Shown here: positions 1 through 10,193 of the stretch, piece by piece | Layout of the letters: each line of letters begins with the position of its first letter | How positions within the stretch are numbered: the stretch's first letter is position 1 | NCBI GenBank assembly: GCA_030698565.1 | Contig: JAUYJS010000005.1 | Location: forward strand, 10,607 to 74,606 | DNA length: 64,000 nucleotides | Source: Candidatus Shapirobacteria bacterium | Lineage (GTDB): Bacteria; Patescibacteriota; Microgenomatia; UBA12405 | Reading direction: 5' to 3' | Notes under the pieces: generated by a model | What the model saw: only the letters and a program-made list of their open reading frames with translations | What the model was told of the DNA's origin: nothing | Database searches by the model: none | Made by a program: the position numbers and the translations under genes

Positions 1-2
1 AG

Positions 3-587
3 TGCAGTGGCAATATTATTTATTTTTGTATCAATGGTGTCGAGGTGAGGGACTAAACCTTCGATTGATTCTGTTAAAAATGTGATTCTATCTTCTGTTG
101 TTTTTGCATTATCGACATTGCCACCTTTTATGCCTAAAAAGTCTTTATAAGGTTCAATAACATCGATAACGATATCACCCGTATCCAATCCTTCTTTGGC
201 AATAAAAATAGCGCTATTACCGTCCTTGTAATAATTTTTTATAAAAGGTAGTTTACTTGCCCAAGAAAAACCTTTGTAGTCAGATTCTATAATTTGAATT
301 TGGCTTTTTAGTTTGGATATGCTTATTTTTGCCGAATCTAAATTTTTATCAGAGATGGCTAATTTCAGATTATCGGTTTCGATTTTAGCTTGATTTACAT
401 GGGCAAGCATTTTGTTTGCAGGTACGTAAACAAAAAAGAAGCCGAGGGTGGCAGATATGGTAACGACAATCAAAATTACTGAGAAAAAAGACAATAATAT
501 TCTTTTTAGTTTAGGACTCATGGTTATTTTTCTAGGAGTTTTTTTTGGTTCAATTTCATTTACAATAACTTGATTATTTTCTTCCAT
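3..587 (-). CDS. Partial membrane-anchored protein. The N-terminus (Met at 587) is in the window and the C-terminal part runs off the window start. It has one predicted N-terminal TM helix (ILLSFFSVILIVVTISATLGFFFVYV) followed by a hydrophilic domain. It may belong to the DUF4012-type family often found next to Bac_transf sugar transferases.
   Basis: Hand translation of the minus strand gives MEENNQVIVNEIEPKKTPRKITMSPKLKRILLSFFS... with no stop codon to the window edge. It is not in the ORF track because it is truncated. The family assignment is recollection only. Confidence 0.4.
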   Translation of the reverse strand, partial: MEENNQVIVNEIEPKKTPRKITMSPKLKRILLSFFSVILIVVTISATLGFFFVYVPANKMLAHVNQAKIETDNLKLAISDKNLDSAKISISKLKSQIQIIESDYKGFSWASKLPFIKNYYKDGNSAIFIAKEGLDTGDIVIDVIEPYKDFLGIKGGNVDNAKTTEDRITFLTESIEGLVPHLDTIDTKINNIATA

Positions 588-616
588 CTATTTAGTTTAA
601 ACTAATAAATTTATTT

Positions 617-1291
617 TTACCAGCGCGATAGCATGGCCATAGGAGTCTTAAAAATAATCAAAATTTCTTGCCTAACCGATCTGTTTCGAATATAGTGAGA
701 GTCAAGTTTGGCCCTTTGTTCGAAGGTTAGTTCGTTCCTTCCTGATGTTTGCCAGGGACCAGTGATACCTGGTTTGGCTGAACGGATATCCTTTATGTAG
801 TTTTTGGTTTGAGGAAATAATTTCTCATACTCCTTTAGCTCTTCTTCTCGGTAGGCTCTTGGACCAATCAAGCTCATATTACCTTTTAAAACATTAAATA
901 ACTGAGGAAATTCATCAATAGTTAGTGATCTGATAACCCGGCCGATTGGGGTTATTCTTGGGTCTTCACACATGGGCAATTTCCAACCAGCTTTTTTGTA
1001 TTTTTCCCACAATTCGGGATAATTTTCTTTGAGTCTTATGTCGTTGTCTCCAATATACATAGATCGAAATTTGTACATCCAGAATTCTTTACTGTTTTTG
1101 CCAATTCGCTTTTGTCGAAATAATATTGGTCCTGGAGAAGTAAATTTAATCAATAAAGCAGTAATTAGAATTATTGGAAAAAAAATAATTAATAGGGAGA
1201 TAGAACTGATAATATCGACGATTCTTTTGAATAAATCAAAAAGCCAGATTCTTTGGTTTAGCAAAAATTTGCTTGATTTTTCATTGATCAT
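617..1291 (-). CDS. Polyprenyl-phosphate sugar phosphotransferase (Bac_transf / WbaP-PglC family). This is the priming enzyme.
   Basis: One N-terminal TM helix, then the conserved KFRSM and SLIGPRA motifs and a C-terminal QRxxLDxxY-like segment typical of the bacterial sugar transferase domain. Confidence 0.85.
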   Translation of the reverse strand: MINEKSSKFLLNQRIWLFDLFKRIVDIISSISLLIIFFPIILITALLIKFTSPGPILFRQKRIGKNSKEFWMYKFRSMYIGDNDIRLKENYPELWEKYKKAGWKLPMCEDPRITPIGRVIRSLTIDEFPQLFNVLKGNMSLIGPRAYREEELKEYEKLFPQTKNYIKDIRSAKPGITGPWQTSGRNELTFEQRAKLDSHYIRNRSVRQEILIIFKTPMAMLSRW

Positions 1292-2372
1292 TTTGATTAA
1301 GAAAATACTTTTCTTGATTTTTATTTTTAACTATTTTGGTGACAATGTCTCTAACATTATAACTGTCTTTTAGATTGCAAATTAGGAGACAGTCAGGGGT
1401 GTCGATAATTGCCAAATTGTGGACACCAACTAAACCGATCATTTTGTTTTTACTGCCTGATACTAAACAATTTGACGAGTTTGTTTGCAAATACTGAGTG
1501 TCTAAATTTAATTTAGCATGTCCTTGTTTATCTTTGTTGGTATTAATGTAAACAGCTCGCCACTCTCCCACATCACTCCAATCAAACTTAGAAGGAATTA
1601 AAATTAAATTTTTGGACTTTTCTGATATAGCGGTATCGATAGCTAAAGAGGGAGAAATTTTATATATATCACTTATATTTTTTTGAGAACTAAAAAGTTT
1701 ATAAAGTTTAAAATATTTATTTTCGTGAGTTTTAAATTCATTAATGAGAGTGTTGATAGAAAAAATATAAATTCCGGAATTCCAAAGGGATCCCTCTTGA
1801 ATTAATTTTTGGGCCTGATCTGTGTTTGGTTTTTCAATAAAACTATTGACTGGGAAATATTTTTTTATTTTTTTATCGGGATTAATGTAACCATATGATT
1901 GACTGGGATTGTCTGGTTTTATACCAATAGTAATAATGGAGTTTTGAATCTCAGCTAATTTGTAAGCCAGATCTATGGTTTTTTTGAAACCTGATAAGTT
2001 CTTTATAAGGTGATCAGAAGGAAGCGTGGCGATCAGAGCATTGGGATTAATTTTGTTAATAATAAATGTTCCATAAAGTATGGCTAAAGCAGTGTTTTTC
2101 TTTTCAGGTTCAAAAATTAAATTTTGAGAATTTAAATATTTTTGAGAAATATTTTTGATTTTAACAGAAAATTTATTATTGGATATTAAAAAAACATTGG
2201 AAGCTGGAACTGTTTTAATAGCTCGAATAATGGTCTGTTCTAAAAGACTTTCTTTGCCAAAAAGAGACAGGAATTGCTTTGGATTTGATGCTCGGGAAAG
2301 CGGCCAAAGCCGTGGACCAGTGCCTCCGCAAAGAATTAAAATGTAGTGATTTTTTTTTGATGTTCCGACCAT
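1281..2372 (-). CDS. manC: Mannose-1-phosphate guanylyltransferase (GDP-mannose pyrophosphorylase, nucleotidyltransferase fold).
   Basis: N-terminal ILCGGTGPRLWPLSRASNPKQF matches the ManC/CpsB signature (ILAGGSGTRLWPLSR..PKQF). The protein is 363 aa. Confidence 0.7.
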   Translation of the reverse strand: MVGTSKKNHYILILCGGTGPRLWPLSRASNPKQFLSLFGKESLLEQTIIRAIKTVPASNVFLISNNKFSVKIKNISQKYLNSQNLIFEPEKKNTALAILYGTFIINKINPNALIATLPSDHLIKNLSGFKKTIDLAYKLAEIQNSIITIGIKPDNPSQSYGYINPDKKIKKYFPVNSFIEKPNTDQAQKLIQEGSLWNSGIYIFSINTLINEFKTHENKYFKLYKLFSSQKNISDIYKISPSLAIDTAISEKSKNLILIPSKFDWSDVGEWRAVYINTNKDKQGHAKLNLDTQYLQTNSSNCLVSGSKNKMIGLVGVHNLAIIDTPDCLLICNLKDSYNVRDIVTKIVKNKNQEKYFLNQNDQ

Positions 2373-3442
2373 AACCGATTAATCTTTTGGTTAAAGTTTA
2401 ACATAAACAATTGGTTGGAATAATGTTGAGCATTTTTAATACAATCTTCTGAATTTAAGCGGATTTTCTTGAATTTAATAATTGCTTGGCTGAGCGACTC
2501 AACAGTTTGGTGTTCAAATAAAATTCCGGTTTTTTCATTTATAACTGTTTCCGTTATTCCACCTTGGTTATAGGCAATTACTGGTTTGCCGCAAGCCTGG
2601 GCTTCAATTGGAGTTAAACCAAAGTCTTCTTCTTGGGGGCAAATTAGGGCCGAACAATTTTGATAAAGAGTTGTAAGTTTTTTATCAGAAATTTGTCCAA
2701 CAAATTGAATATTTGGGTCATTTAATTTTTGTTTGAGTTTTATAAATTGTTTTTGATCACGACCAGTGCCTACAATTATAAGTTTACTTTTAGTGGCATG
2801 ACAGGCGTTTATGGCTAATTCAATTTTTTTATGGGAAACAAGTCGAGAAACTAACAAGAAATAATCATTAAAATCTTGACTTTTTGATGGTTTAAATAAA
2901 GTGTTGTCTATACCCGGATAAATAACATCGGCTGGACGACGATAATTCGTTTCGATTTTGTTTTGGACGTTTTTAGAATTACATAAAATATGATCAGGTC
3001 GTTGCGAATAAATTTTATCAATTTTTTTATATAAATTTAAAATTGGTGAAAATATTTTGTATGAGGAGGGTGTTTCGTATATATAGCGATTAATATTGTG
3101 AAAATAACAAACAAACATAGTATGAGGTTGGGTTAGAAGACAATGACCAACTGTAGATGTGGTTGAGATAACTATGTCGTATGAGGAAAAATTAAATTGT
3201 TCCAACGCTAAAGCATAAAAGGGTGTATATATAGGTGAATTTGAACTAGCTAACGGAAGATTATTTAGACAAGAACTAATCACTTTGGTTTTTGGGGGCA
3301 ACCAGTTGGCTAATTTTTGATCATAAACTAAGGTATAAAGTGGAGCTTCTGGAAAAATTTTAATCAAATCGAGGAGAACTTTTTCGGCTCCTCCCCACTG
3401 ATTTAGCCAATCATAAAAAAGTGCTACTTTGGGTTGTTTCAT
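2336..3442 (-). CDS. Glycosyltransferase, GT4 (GT-B fold, retaining family).
   Basis: C-terminal EDFGLTPIEAQACGKPVIA motif (E-x7-E / GT1-4 nucleotide-sugar binding). Confidence 0.75.
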   Translation of the reverse strand: MKQPKVALFYDWLNQWGGAEKVLLDLIKIFPEAPLYTLVYDQKLANWLPPKTKVISSCLNNLPLASSNSPIYTPFYALALEQFNFSSYDIVISTTSTVGHCLLTQPHTMFVCYFHNINRYIYETPSSYKIFSPILNLYKKIDKIYSQRPDHILCNSKNVQNKIETNYRRPADVIYPGIDNTLFKPSKSQDFNDYFLLVSRLVSHKKIELAINACHATKSKLIIVGTGRDQKQFIKLKQKLNDPNIQFVGQISDKKLTTLYQNCSALICPQEEDFGLTPIEAQACGKPVIAYNQGGITETVINEKTGILFEHQTVESLSQAIIKFKKIRLNSEDCIKNAQHYSNQLFMLNFNQKINRLWSEHQKKITTF

Positions 3443-4560
3443 TTTAAAATATTTTTGTAGGTATCTAAAGTATTCTGAGCAGTTTTGTTCCAGGAATATT
3501 TTTGGAGTTGTTTTTTTCCTAAATTAATTAATTTAGAACGTAATGTTTTGGAGCTTTGAAGTAGCTTAATTTTACTTACTAAATCTGTGGAACTATAGGG
3601 ATCGAAATAGAGAACTGATTGATCATAAATTTCTGGCAAGCAACTAGAATTGGAAGATATAACCGGACAATTAAGTGCCATTGCTTCAAGACCAGTCAGA
3701 CTAAACCCTTCCATTAAAGATGGATGAACTAAGGCAATAGCCTTGGAATAAATTTGGGCAAATTTTGCATCGTCAATATAACCTAAAAAAGAAACTCTTT
3801 TAATCAATTTTGAATGTTTGATAATTTTTTCTAATCTTTGAGAAAAGACAGTTCGGGCACAAATTATTTTAAGTTGAATATTGGGCATTTTTTTTAGTGC
3901 TTGAATAACTACCGATATATTTTTGTGAGGATAAAGATTGCCGGTATAAATAATATAATTACTGACTATTAAATTGGGTTTTTGCGAAGTTTTTATAAAT
4001 TGTGGATCGACAGCTTCGTAAGTTGTTTGAATGTTTTGGGGGTTAATTTTAAATTTTTTAATTATAATTTCTTTCCAATAATTACTGGGTACAATAATGT
4101 AACTGGTTTTTATGGCGATCCAACTAACTATCAAATAGCCCAAGTGCTTAATCCAATAAATTCCTGGGTTTTTAGTGGTAGTTTCTTTGCCTTTGAAATA
4201 GTGTTTGATTAAATCGTGAACAGTGACAATAGACCTACCAAAATATAATATCGGTTTATTGAAGTGAGTAAAATGAACTAAATCTGGCTTGAGTTTATAT
4301 AAAATAAATGGGAGTTTAATTTGTTCTTGCCAGGAATAATGAGCAATATTGGTGGAGACATAGCCGAAGTTTTCTTGGAGATCGTTTTTGATTTCAGACT
4401 CGATGGATTTGTTAATTATCAAGGTAAATTTGTATTTATTAAAGTCTTTTGTCTGACTTAAAAAAAGGAGTAGGTTCTTGGTATAACGACCGATGCCAGT
4501 ATTTTTGGGACCATAAAGCCGAGCGTCGATAATGATATGGGGTTTTTTGTTATTTACCAT
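3439..4560 (-). CDS. Glycosyltransferase, GT4.
   Basis: EGFSLTGLEAMALNCPVISSNSSCLPEI motif. The start overlaps the upstream stop. Confidence 0.8.
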   Translation of the reverse strand: MVNNKKPHIIIDARLYGPKNTGIGRYTKNLLLFLSQTKDFNKYKFTLIINKSIESEIKNDLQENFGYVSTNIAHYSWQEQIKLPFILYKLKPDLVHFTHFNKPILYFGRSIVTVHDLIKHYFKGKETTTKNPGIYWIKHLGYLIVSWIAIKTSYIIVPSNYWKEIIIKKFKINPQNIQTTYEAVDPQFIKTSQKPNLIVSNYIIYTGNLYPHKNISVVIQALKKMPNIQLKIICARTVFSQRLEKIIKHSKLIKRVSFLGYIDDAKFAQIYSKAIALVHPSLMEGFSLTGLEAMALNCPVISSNSSCLPEIYDQSVLYFDPYSSTDLVSKIKLLQSSKTLRSKLINLGKKQLQKYSWNKTAQNTLDTYKNILK

Positions 4561-5502
4561 TTATAAATATTTCGCTTTGGAAACTCGATAAAATTCGAGA
4601 ATTTTTATGCCACTCATGACTAAAGATTTCATGGGAAAAGAATAATCTTTGAGTAAATTTTCTTGATAAAAAATTTTCATGGCTTGTGTACTGGCAAGGG
4701 CAACTTTGACTTTAGTTTGTCTTGAAGCCTGGGATATGTTTTTGGATTTACTAATTAAACCTGAAGAAACTCCCTGAAAATGGGTAATTTTACAAAAAGG
4801 ATAAAAATAAAGGTTGTATCCCCTTTTGAAAAGTTGATAACAAAAATCTAAATCTTCGCCATAGAAAAAATATTTTTCATTCCACCAATTAATTTCTTGA
4901 CCGACATTTTTTTTCACCATTAAAAAAGCTCCAACACAAGCCTCAATTTTGTGGGTTTTTTGAGTATTTAAATTACCTAAAAAATAGCCATTAAAAAAAT
5001 TGGTCTTGGGAAAAAGTTTATATAGTCCAGTGAAATAAGAAAAAGAGCGCCAGGGAGTGGGAAAACCGCGATGACATTCTGGTTGTAATTTTCCAGTGAT
5101 AGCTAATTTGATAAAGCAAGTGGCGGCGTCAACTTTTTCGTTTTTTTCAAAAAAACTAATCATTTTGGCAAAAGTATTTGATTCAACAACGGTATCTGGA
5201 TTCAAAAAAAGCACGTATTTAGAATCTTTATCTATTACTTTTAATCCTCTATTATTACCTGTGGCAAAACCCAGGTTTTTTTCGATGTGTAAAAACTTAA
5301 AAGAAATTTGTTTGTTAGTTGATTTAATGGTTTGGATATTTTGAAAAGATGTGTCTGTAGAAGCGTTGTCGGCGATAATTATTTCTATTTTATATTTATT
5401 TATCTTTGATTTATTTATACTCTCGAGACATTTTTGAAGATAAACACCTGAATTATAATTTAGAATTATTATGGAAAGATCTGTCAATTTATTTTTTAAC
5501 AT
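4561..5502 (-). CDS. Glycosyltransferase, GT2 (GT-A fold).
   Basis: N-terminal LSIIILNYNSGVYLQKCLESI...IIADNASTD (DXD-type GT2 signature). Confidence 0.75.
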   Translation of the reverse strand: MLKNKLTDLSIIILNYNSGVYLQKCLESINKSKINKYKIEIIIADNASTDTSFQNIQTIKSTNKQISFKFLHIEKNLGFATGNNRGLKVIDKDSKYVLFLNPDTVVESNTFAKMISFFEKNEKVDAATCFIKLAITGKLQPECHRGFPTPWRSFSYFTGLYKLFPKTNFFNGYFLGNLNTQKTHKIEACVGAFLMVKKNVGQEINWWNEKYFFYGEDLDFCYQLFKRGYNLYFYPFCKITHFQGVSSGLISKSKNISQASRQTKVKVALASTQAMKIFYQENLLKDYSFPMKSLVMSGIKILEFYRVSKAKYL

Positions 5503-6703
5503 TAGTAATCTCCTGATAAATTTGATTTAAACCTTGAGCACTTTTTTCATATGAATAATTATTTTTTATTAACAAATTTGTTTGTTTTCCAATTTCTTCT
5601 CGTTGAGATTTGTTGTTTAATAATTCAATAGTGTATTTGGCAATTTCATCATAATCACAGACAATGGCATGTTTAAAATTATCAATTTTAATTCCACCCA
5701 TGCCTTGATGAGTGGTTATAATGGGCAATCTGCAGGCCATAGCCTCAAAAAATTTATTGCGACTACCGCCACCACTGCCAATTGGAGCTACTAAAGTCCA
5801 ACAGTGATTGTAGTAATATTGGGGATCTTTTGGTTCTCCGTCGCCCTGTGCCTCTTCAATTACAACGTCTTTAGCTCGCCAATGACCATAAGTTTCCGGA
5901 GCGTTTCGACCAATTATATATAATTTAGCATCAGGAATTTTTGTCTTAATTTGTGGCCAAATTTCTTGATATAAAAGTTCAGCAGCTTCTCTGTTTTGCA
6001 TCCACTTCATATTGGAAACACCAAAGAGGACTGATGGGTGTTTGCTTTTTGGTGTTTTGGGAACGGATTCATAAAATCTTTTATCAACTCCATTTTGAAA
6101 TAATTTAATATCTTTTCTATTGGTTATTTTGGAAATAATGGCTTGGTCTTCGGTAGAAAACGCAGTAACAGTGTGGGTTGTTTTCCAAAAAAATATTTCC
6201 CAATATTTTAATTTAATAACGTCAAGCCATAGGAGTGGATATAGAATTTTTTTGAAACCTTTTAGGGTTTCTACATAATGTTGGTAAACAGCATATTCGA
6301 TGGTTTGGTCAACTAAAACAATAGGTATTCCTGTTTTGGGAATATTGGGCATTAAATAAAAGCACTCACAATGGATTAGATCGTATTTATGATCGTGCAA
6401 TTCTTTTTCTATTGTTTTTTTTAAGTCTGGAGATATATAGTTGGTAACTAAAAAAGGATAGGTACTAAATCCTGTATAAAGTATTTTTTTAAAATCCCAA
6501 GTTTTTCCTCTTTTGACAACTATCACTTTGGAACAAAATTGTTTAATTTCTTCCAAACCTTCTTTGTCGCGACTAAAACTTATAAGAGTTATGTCGTTTT
6601 CATTGCTTAGATATTTAATAGAATAATAGGAACTAGTTTGACCACCCGATTGAGATCTTCTGGGTAAATAAGGGGTAATCATTAAGATTTTTCTTTTTGA
6701 CAT
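5489..6703 (-). CDS. GT-B glycosyltransferase (GT4-like).
   Basis: N-terminal MITPYLP...SGGQ typical of a GT4 N-domain. C-terminal FFEAMACRLPIITT motif. Confidence 0.6.
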   Translation of the reverse strand: MSKRKILMITPYLPRRSQSGGQTSSYYSIKYLSNENDITLISFSRDKEGLEEIKQFCSKVIVVKRGKTWDFKKILYTGFSTYPFLVTNYISPDLKKTIEKELHDHKYDLIHCECFYLMPNIPKTGIPIVLVDQTIEYAVYQHYVETLKGFKKILYPLLWLDVIKLKYWEIFFWKTTHTVTAFSTEDQAIISKITNRKDIKLFQNGVDKRFYESVPKTPKSKHPSVLFGVSNMKWMQNREAAELLYQEIWPQIKTKIPDAKLYIIGRNAPETYGHWRAKDVVIEEAQGDGEPKDPQYYYNHCWTLVAPIGSGGGSRNKFFEAMACRLPIITTHQGMGGIKIDNFKHAIVCDYDEIAKYTIELLNNKSQREEIGKQTNLLIKNNYSYEKSAQGLNQIYQEITNVKK

Positions 6704-6704
6704 A

Positions 6705-8099
6705 TTATTCTTGAGAGAGAGTTTTATAATAAACGCCCATCATGATCCAAAACATATATGCTGTTTTGGAAGCCTCAAAAACATCAATAAAAGTAGCGTT
6801 GGCCATCATAGTTACAAGTGCACCAAGGAAGATTAAATTTAAGTTGTCTTGGTATTTTTTATTTTTCTTGAAAATAATTGGAATTGTTCTGATTATAAAA
6901 TAAAAATTAATACCCATAAAAGTTATAAAACCAAGAACGCCACTTTCTCCTAAAAGTCGCAAATAATCATTGTCAGTAGCCAAAGTGATTGAGCCAAGGC
7001 CGGTTCCAGTAATTGGGTTTTTTGTTAGAGCAGTAATGGCTCTGGGCCATTCAACATTAAATCGGATTTCGCCAGATCTAGCTACTCCAATATCACTATC
7101 GATTGGTATGAATTCTTCTGTTGGTTCATGTCTAAAAATTGTTGGTGTGGGAATAACAGGTTTGGTGATTGGTTTAATTGCAACAACAGGAGGTTTTTGA
7201 GGAGGAATAGTCGGTTCTATTTTTAGAACAGCTGGTGTGGGAGTAACTGTAAAACGTTTTTGGACTATATCGACCGTAGCTAAAAGTCTTTGATTTAAAT
7301 CTTTAGAATTAAAGATACTAAAAATCATAAGCAAGGACACTGGGATAATCCACAAATATTTTTTTATTAAAATCAAAGTCAAACACATACCAGCCCAGAA
7401 GGCAAAAGTAGAAATCCTGGAAGCAGTTAAAGTTAATATAGGGAAGACAGCTAACCAAATAATTAAACCAGTAATTTTTATCCACCATTTTTTACTAAGA
7501 AGAGTAACTCCGCCAATTATTACAAGAACAACGCTCATAAATGTAGCTAAATCATAATGACCAGCAAAAGTGGAATTTATCCTGGTCCAAACGTCCATTT
7601 GTAGTAATTGGCCTTTGGCAAACTCAGAGTTCATGGTTGAAATTACTGGAAAATTAAAATATTTTTGTCCATAACCATAAAGGGAAACTAAGGTGGTACT
7701 TAAAATTAAAAATATATAAGGGAAAGTAAAATCTTTTTTAGTTTTTATAGAATCAACGGTAATAAAAAAGAGAGACATGTATTCAAAACGGCGGAATAGA
7801 TTAAGCAAAAGAATGTTTAGTGGTTCGGTTTGGTAAATTAGAATTGCCGTAATCATACTAGTGGTAATAGCTAATAAATAAGCTATAAACAACCTGGTTA
7901 TTTTAATTTTTAAAAAAGGTAATTTGTTGGTAATTTGGTAAATCAGCCAGACTAAAACACAAAGAAGAACTACTATATCGTCTAATCTTATGGCCACATA
8001 TGTTCCTGAAACAAAGTTAAGGGGAAATTTAGGATACAGCGGGATAAACAAAATTAAAATAGCTACAATGGCTCGGAAAATATTTATATTCTTGAACAT
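6705..8099 (-). CDS. O-antigen ligase/polymerase-like membrane protein (Wzy_C domain) with a Pro/Thr-rich insert in the large periplasmic loop.
   Basis: Ten or more predicted TM helices. RFNVEWPRAITALTKNPITGTGLGS and DNDYLRLLGESGVLG resemble the R..W...P..G.G.G and NDYL..l.E.G motifs of WaaL/Wzy. The insert reads PTPAVLKIEPTIPPQKPPVVAIKPITKPVIPTPT. Confidence 0.55.
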   Translation of the reverse strand: MFKNINIFRAIVAILILFIPLYPKFPLNFVSGTYVAIRLDDIVVLLCVLVWLIYQITNKLPFLKIKITRLFIAYLLAITTSMITAILIYQTEPLNILLLNLFRRFEYMSLFFITVDSIKTKKDFTFPYIFLILSTTLVSLYGYGQKYFNFPVISTMNSEFAKGQLLQMDVWTRINSTFAGHYDLATFMSVVLVIIGGVTLLSKKWWIKITGLIIWLAVFPILTLTASRISTFAFWAGMCLTLILIKKYLWIIPVSLLMIFSIFNSKDLNQRLLATVDIVQKRFTVTPTPAVLKIEPTIPPQKPPVVAIKPITKPVIPTPTIFRHEPTEEFIPIDSDIGVARSGEIRFNVEWPRAITALTKNPITGTGLGSITLATDNDYLRLLGESGVLGFITFMGINFYFIIRTIPIIFKKNKKYQDNLNLIFLGALVTMMANATFIDVFEASKTAYMFWIMMGVYYKTLSQE

Positions 8100-9040
8100 G
8101 CTTTTAGGTAAAAAGAAGAAGTAACTTTATGACCGGAAATAAAATATATTATACTTCGAAGACAGGTGTTAATTCGAATAAAAAATTTAATTAAAGTGAG
8201 TTGCCATGGAGGTTTGTGCTTTTTAAAAAATGAAAGAATACCTAAATATTCATTAATAATCTGGTCGGCTTTGCTGGGAGAAGAGGCGCCACCGTAATGA
8301 ATGATTTGAGGACCGATAAGATACCATATCTGAGTTAATGGGTTTGCTTTTTTGATCCTGTAACATAGTTCAAGTTCTTCGCCGTACATAAAATAATCTT
8401 CATCAAACATGCCAGAATTATCTAGGGCTGACTTTCTAATCAACATAAAAGCGCCTGTTACCCATTCTTGGCAGTGATCGCTTAAGTAAAAATTATCATG
8501 AGTATAAAATTGTGGAGTATGGGGGTGAATTGGTTTGATTATTTTATTTACAAACGGCAAGTCGTCAAGACCAAAAGACCAAGTAATCACATTTAAAAGG
8601 TTGGGAAAATAACCACCAGATGCTTGAATAGTATTGTCACGGTTTAATAATTGGGCGGTACAAACTGATGCCTCGGGATGAGATGAAAGCCAATTTAAGC
8701 TTTGACTTATGGCTGAGTGAAGAATAATAGTGTCGGAATTTAAAAGTAAAACATAATTGCCGCGGGCAATTTTGATTCCTTGATTGTTTGCCTTACCAAA
8801 ACCAGTGTTTTCTTTATTGGCAATTAACTTAATGTTTTTAATTTTATTTAATTCAGTGACGGAATTATCGGAAGAATTATTGTCGATGACGATGATTTCT
8901 GTGGGGATTAAACTTTTTGAATTTATATTATCCAAATCGAAAGATAAATTTTTGTCTTTGAAAACTGAATTAATACAATCAACAGTTAGTTTGGCAGTAT
9001 TGTAGGAAACAATAATAATGGAAATGGTTGGGTTAAGCAT
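8084..9040 (-). CDS. Glycosyltransferase, GT2.
   Basis: ISIIIVSYNTAKLTVDCINSV...IVIDNNSSDNS. Confidence 0.75.
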   Translation of the reverse strand: MLNPTISIIIVSYNTAKLTVDCINSVFKDKNLSFDLDNINSKSLIPTEIIVIDNNSSDNSVTELNKIKNIKLIANKENTGFGKANNQGIKIARGNYVLLLNSDTIILHSAISQSLNWLSSHPEASVCTAQLLNRDNTIQASGGYFPNLLNVITWSFGLDDLPFVNKIIKPIHPHTPQFYTHDNFYLSDHCQEWVTGAFMLIRKSALDNSGMFDEDYFMYGEELELCYRIKKANPLTQIWYLIGPQIIHYGGASSPSKADQIINEYLGILSFFKKHKPPWQLTLIKFFIRINTCLRSIIYFISGHKVTSSFYLKACSRI

Positions 9041-9581
9041 TTTTGTCTTTTTTTAAAAATGATTTATAAATCAAAATTATAGAAATTATAGCGGTTTCAG
9101 TAGCGAAAAATGAAGCTAAGCGTTTGGGAATACTGGGTGTGAAAGTTCTAATAGTTATTTTGGCTTTATATGTTTTTCCTTCGTAAATGAGTTTATTTTT
9201 GACTCTTTTTTCTGGCTTCGTAAAAACATCATTTTCCCACTCAAAACCATTTATGTATAAAGATTCTTTAAAGGGTAGGTTATATTCTTCAAAATAATAA
9301 CTTTGAATAGTGTCTTTAATAATTTCTTTGGATTTTTCTGGAGGATAATTAAGACGAATCCTAAAAGGTCCATCAAAATTAGCTTTATAAAAATTCATGA
9401 CTTCTGTTCGAGTAAGATTGGTGTAGTAAGCAGAAACGTTGGGAATTTGAATGGTGTCGCCAGGCTCGTTTGATTTAAGACTATTGTAAAGATCGGGAAT
9501 TTTTGGTGTTGGTGTAATTAAATAAACGAGTGCGACTAAATTAAAAATTACAAGAAATATTATGAAAGCTTTTTTAATCAT
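9033..9581 (-). CDS. Hypothetical protein with hydrophobic segments at both the N- and C-terminus. No family recognised.
   Basis: 182 aa. N-terminal IIFLVIFNLVALVYLI and C-terminal AIISIILIYKSF hydrophobic stretches. No recognisable motif. Confidence 0.3.
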   Translation of the reverse strand: MIKKAFIIFLVIFNLVALVYLITPTPKIPDLYNSLKSNEPGDTIQIPNVSAYYTNLTRTEVMNFYKANFDGPFRIRLNYPPEKSKEIIKDTIQSYYFEEYNLPFKESLYINGFEWENDVFTKPEKRVKNKLIYEGKTYKAKITIRTFTPSIPKRLASFFATETAIISIILIYKSFLKKDKNA

Positions 9582-9584
9582 ATT

Positions 9585-10193
9585 TTATTGAAAAAGCATG
9601 GGTCGTCCTAGTTTGTAATTTAGATTTTTATTACGATCTCCTATTTTTTTGGCCGGTACTCCACCCCAAATTTCAAATTCTGGTATATCTTTGGTAACTA
9701 CGGCTCCAGCGGCGACAACCGCTCCTTTGCCGATTGTGATTCCGGGAAGAATAATACTGCGTGGTCCAATAAAGACATAATCCCCAATGGTTACAGGTCC
9801 AAAAGAATTGCTGTAGTCTGAGGAATTTATATTGTGTTCATCATTGTAAATCAGCACTTGACTGGCGATGCCAACATGATCACCTATTTTTAAAGGAGCA
9901 CGACCATCCAAAAAACAATGATCTCCAATTATAGTGTCTTTACCAATAGAAACATTTTTAGGATTAAAAAAATTAGCCCACATATGAATGGTGGAACCAA
10001 AGAGAGGAATCTGGACACCAGAAATTATATAAATTATTTTTCTAATCGAATGCAATGGTATGTATCCTACCCAACGAAGAACCATAAGCCAAAATTCTAA
10101 AAGAATCGTTTTCAATCGGATTAAAATTTTGTCTAGAATGTCTTGATAAGACAAAGATTTATCTGTACGGTCTTTCATGGTTTTATTATACAA
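9585..10193 (-). CDS. Hexapeptide-repeat (left-handed beta-helix) sugar O-acetyltransferase, WcaF/NodL-like.
   Basis: Repeats IGDHCFLDGRAPLKIGDHVGIASQV and IGDYVFIGPRSIILPGITIGKGAVVAAGAVV, plus C-terminal IWGGVPAKKI. Confidence 0.8.
   Translation of the reverse strand: MYNKTMKDRTDKSLSYQDILDKILIRLKTILLEFWLMVLRWVGYIPLHSIRKIIYIISGVQIPLFGSTIHMWANFFNPKNVSIGKDTIIGDHCFLDGRAPLKIGDHVGIASQVLIYNDEHNINSSDYSNSFGPVTIGDYVFIGPRSIILPGITIGKGAVVAAGAVVTKDIPEFEIWGGVPAKKIGDRNKNLNYKLGRPMLFQ

Noticed and set aside
1029-1373. Many small opposite-strand ORFs in the track, for example 1029..1373, 2155..2346, 3982..4212, 28042..28338, 56025..56406 and 57550..57807.
   Set aside because: Each lies fully inside a longer ORF with clear family motifs on the other strand. 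Their translations are low-complexity and AT-driven. I treat them as spurious.
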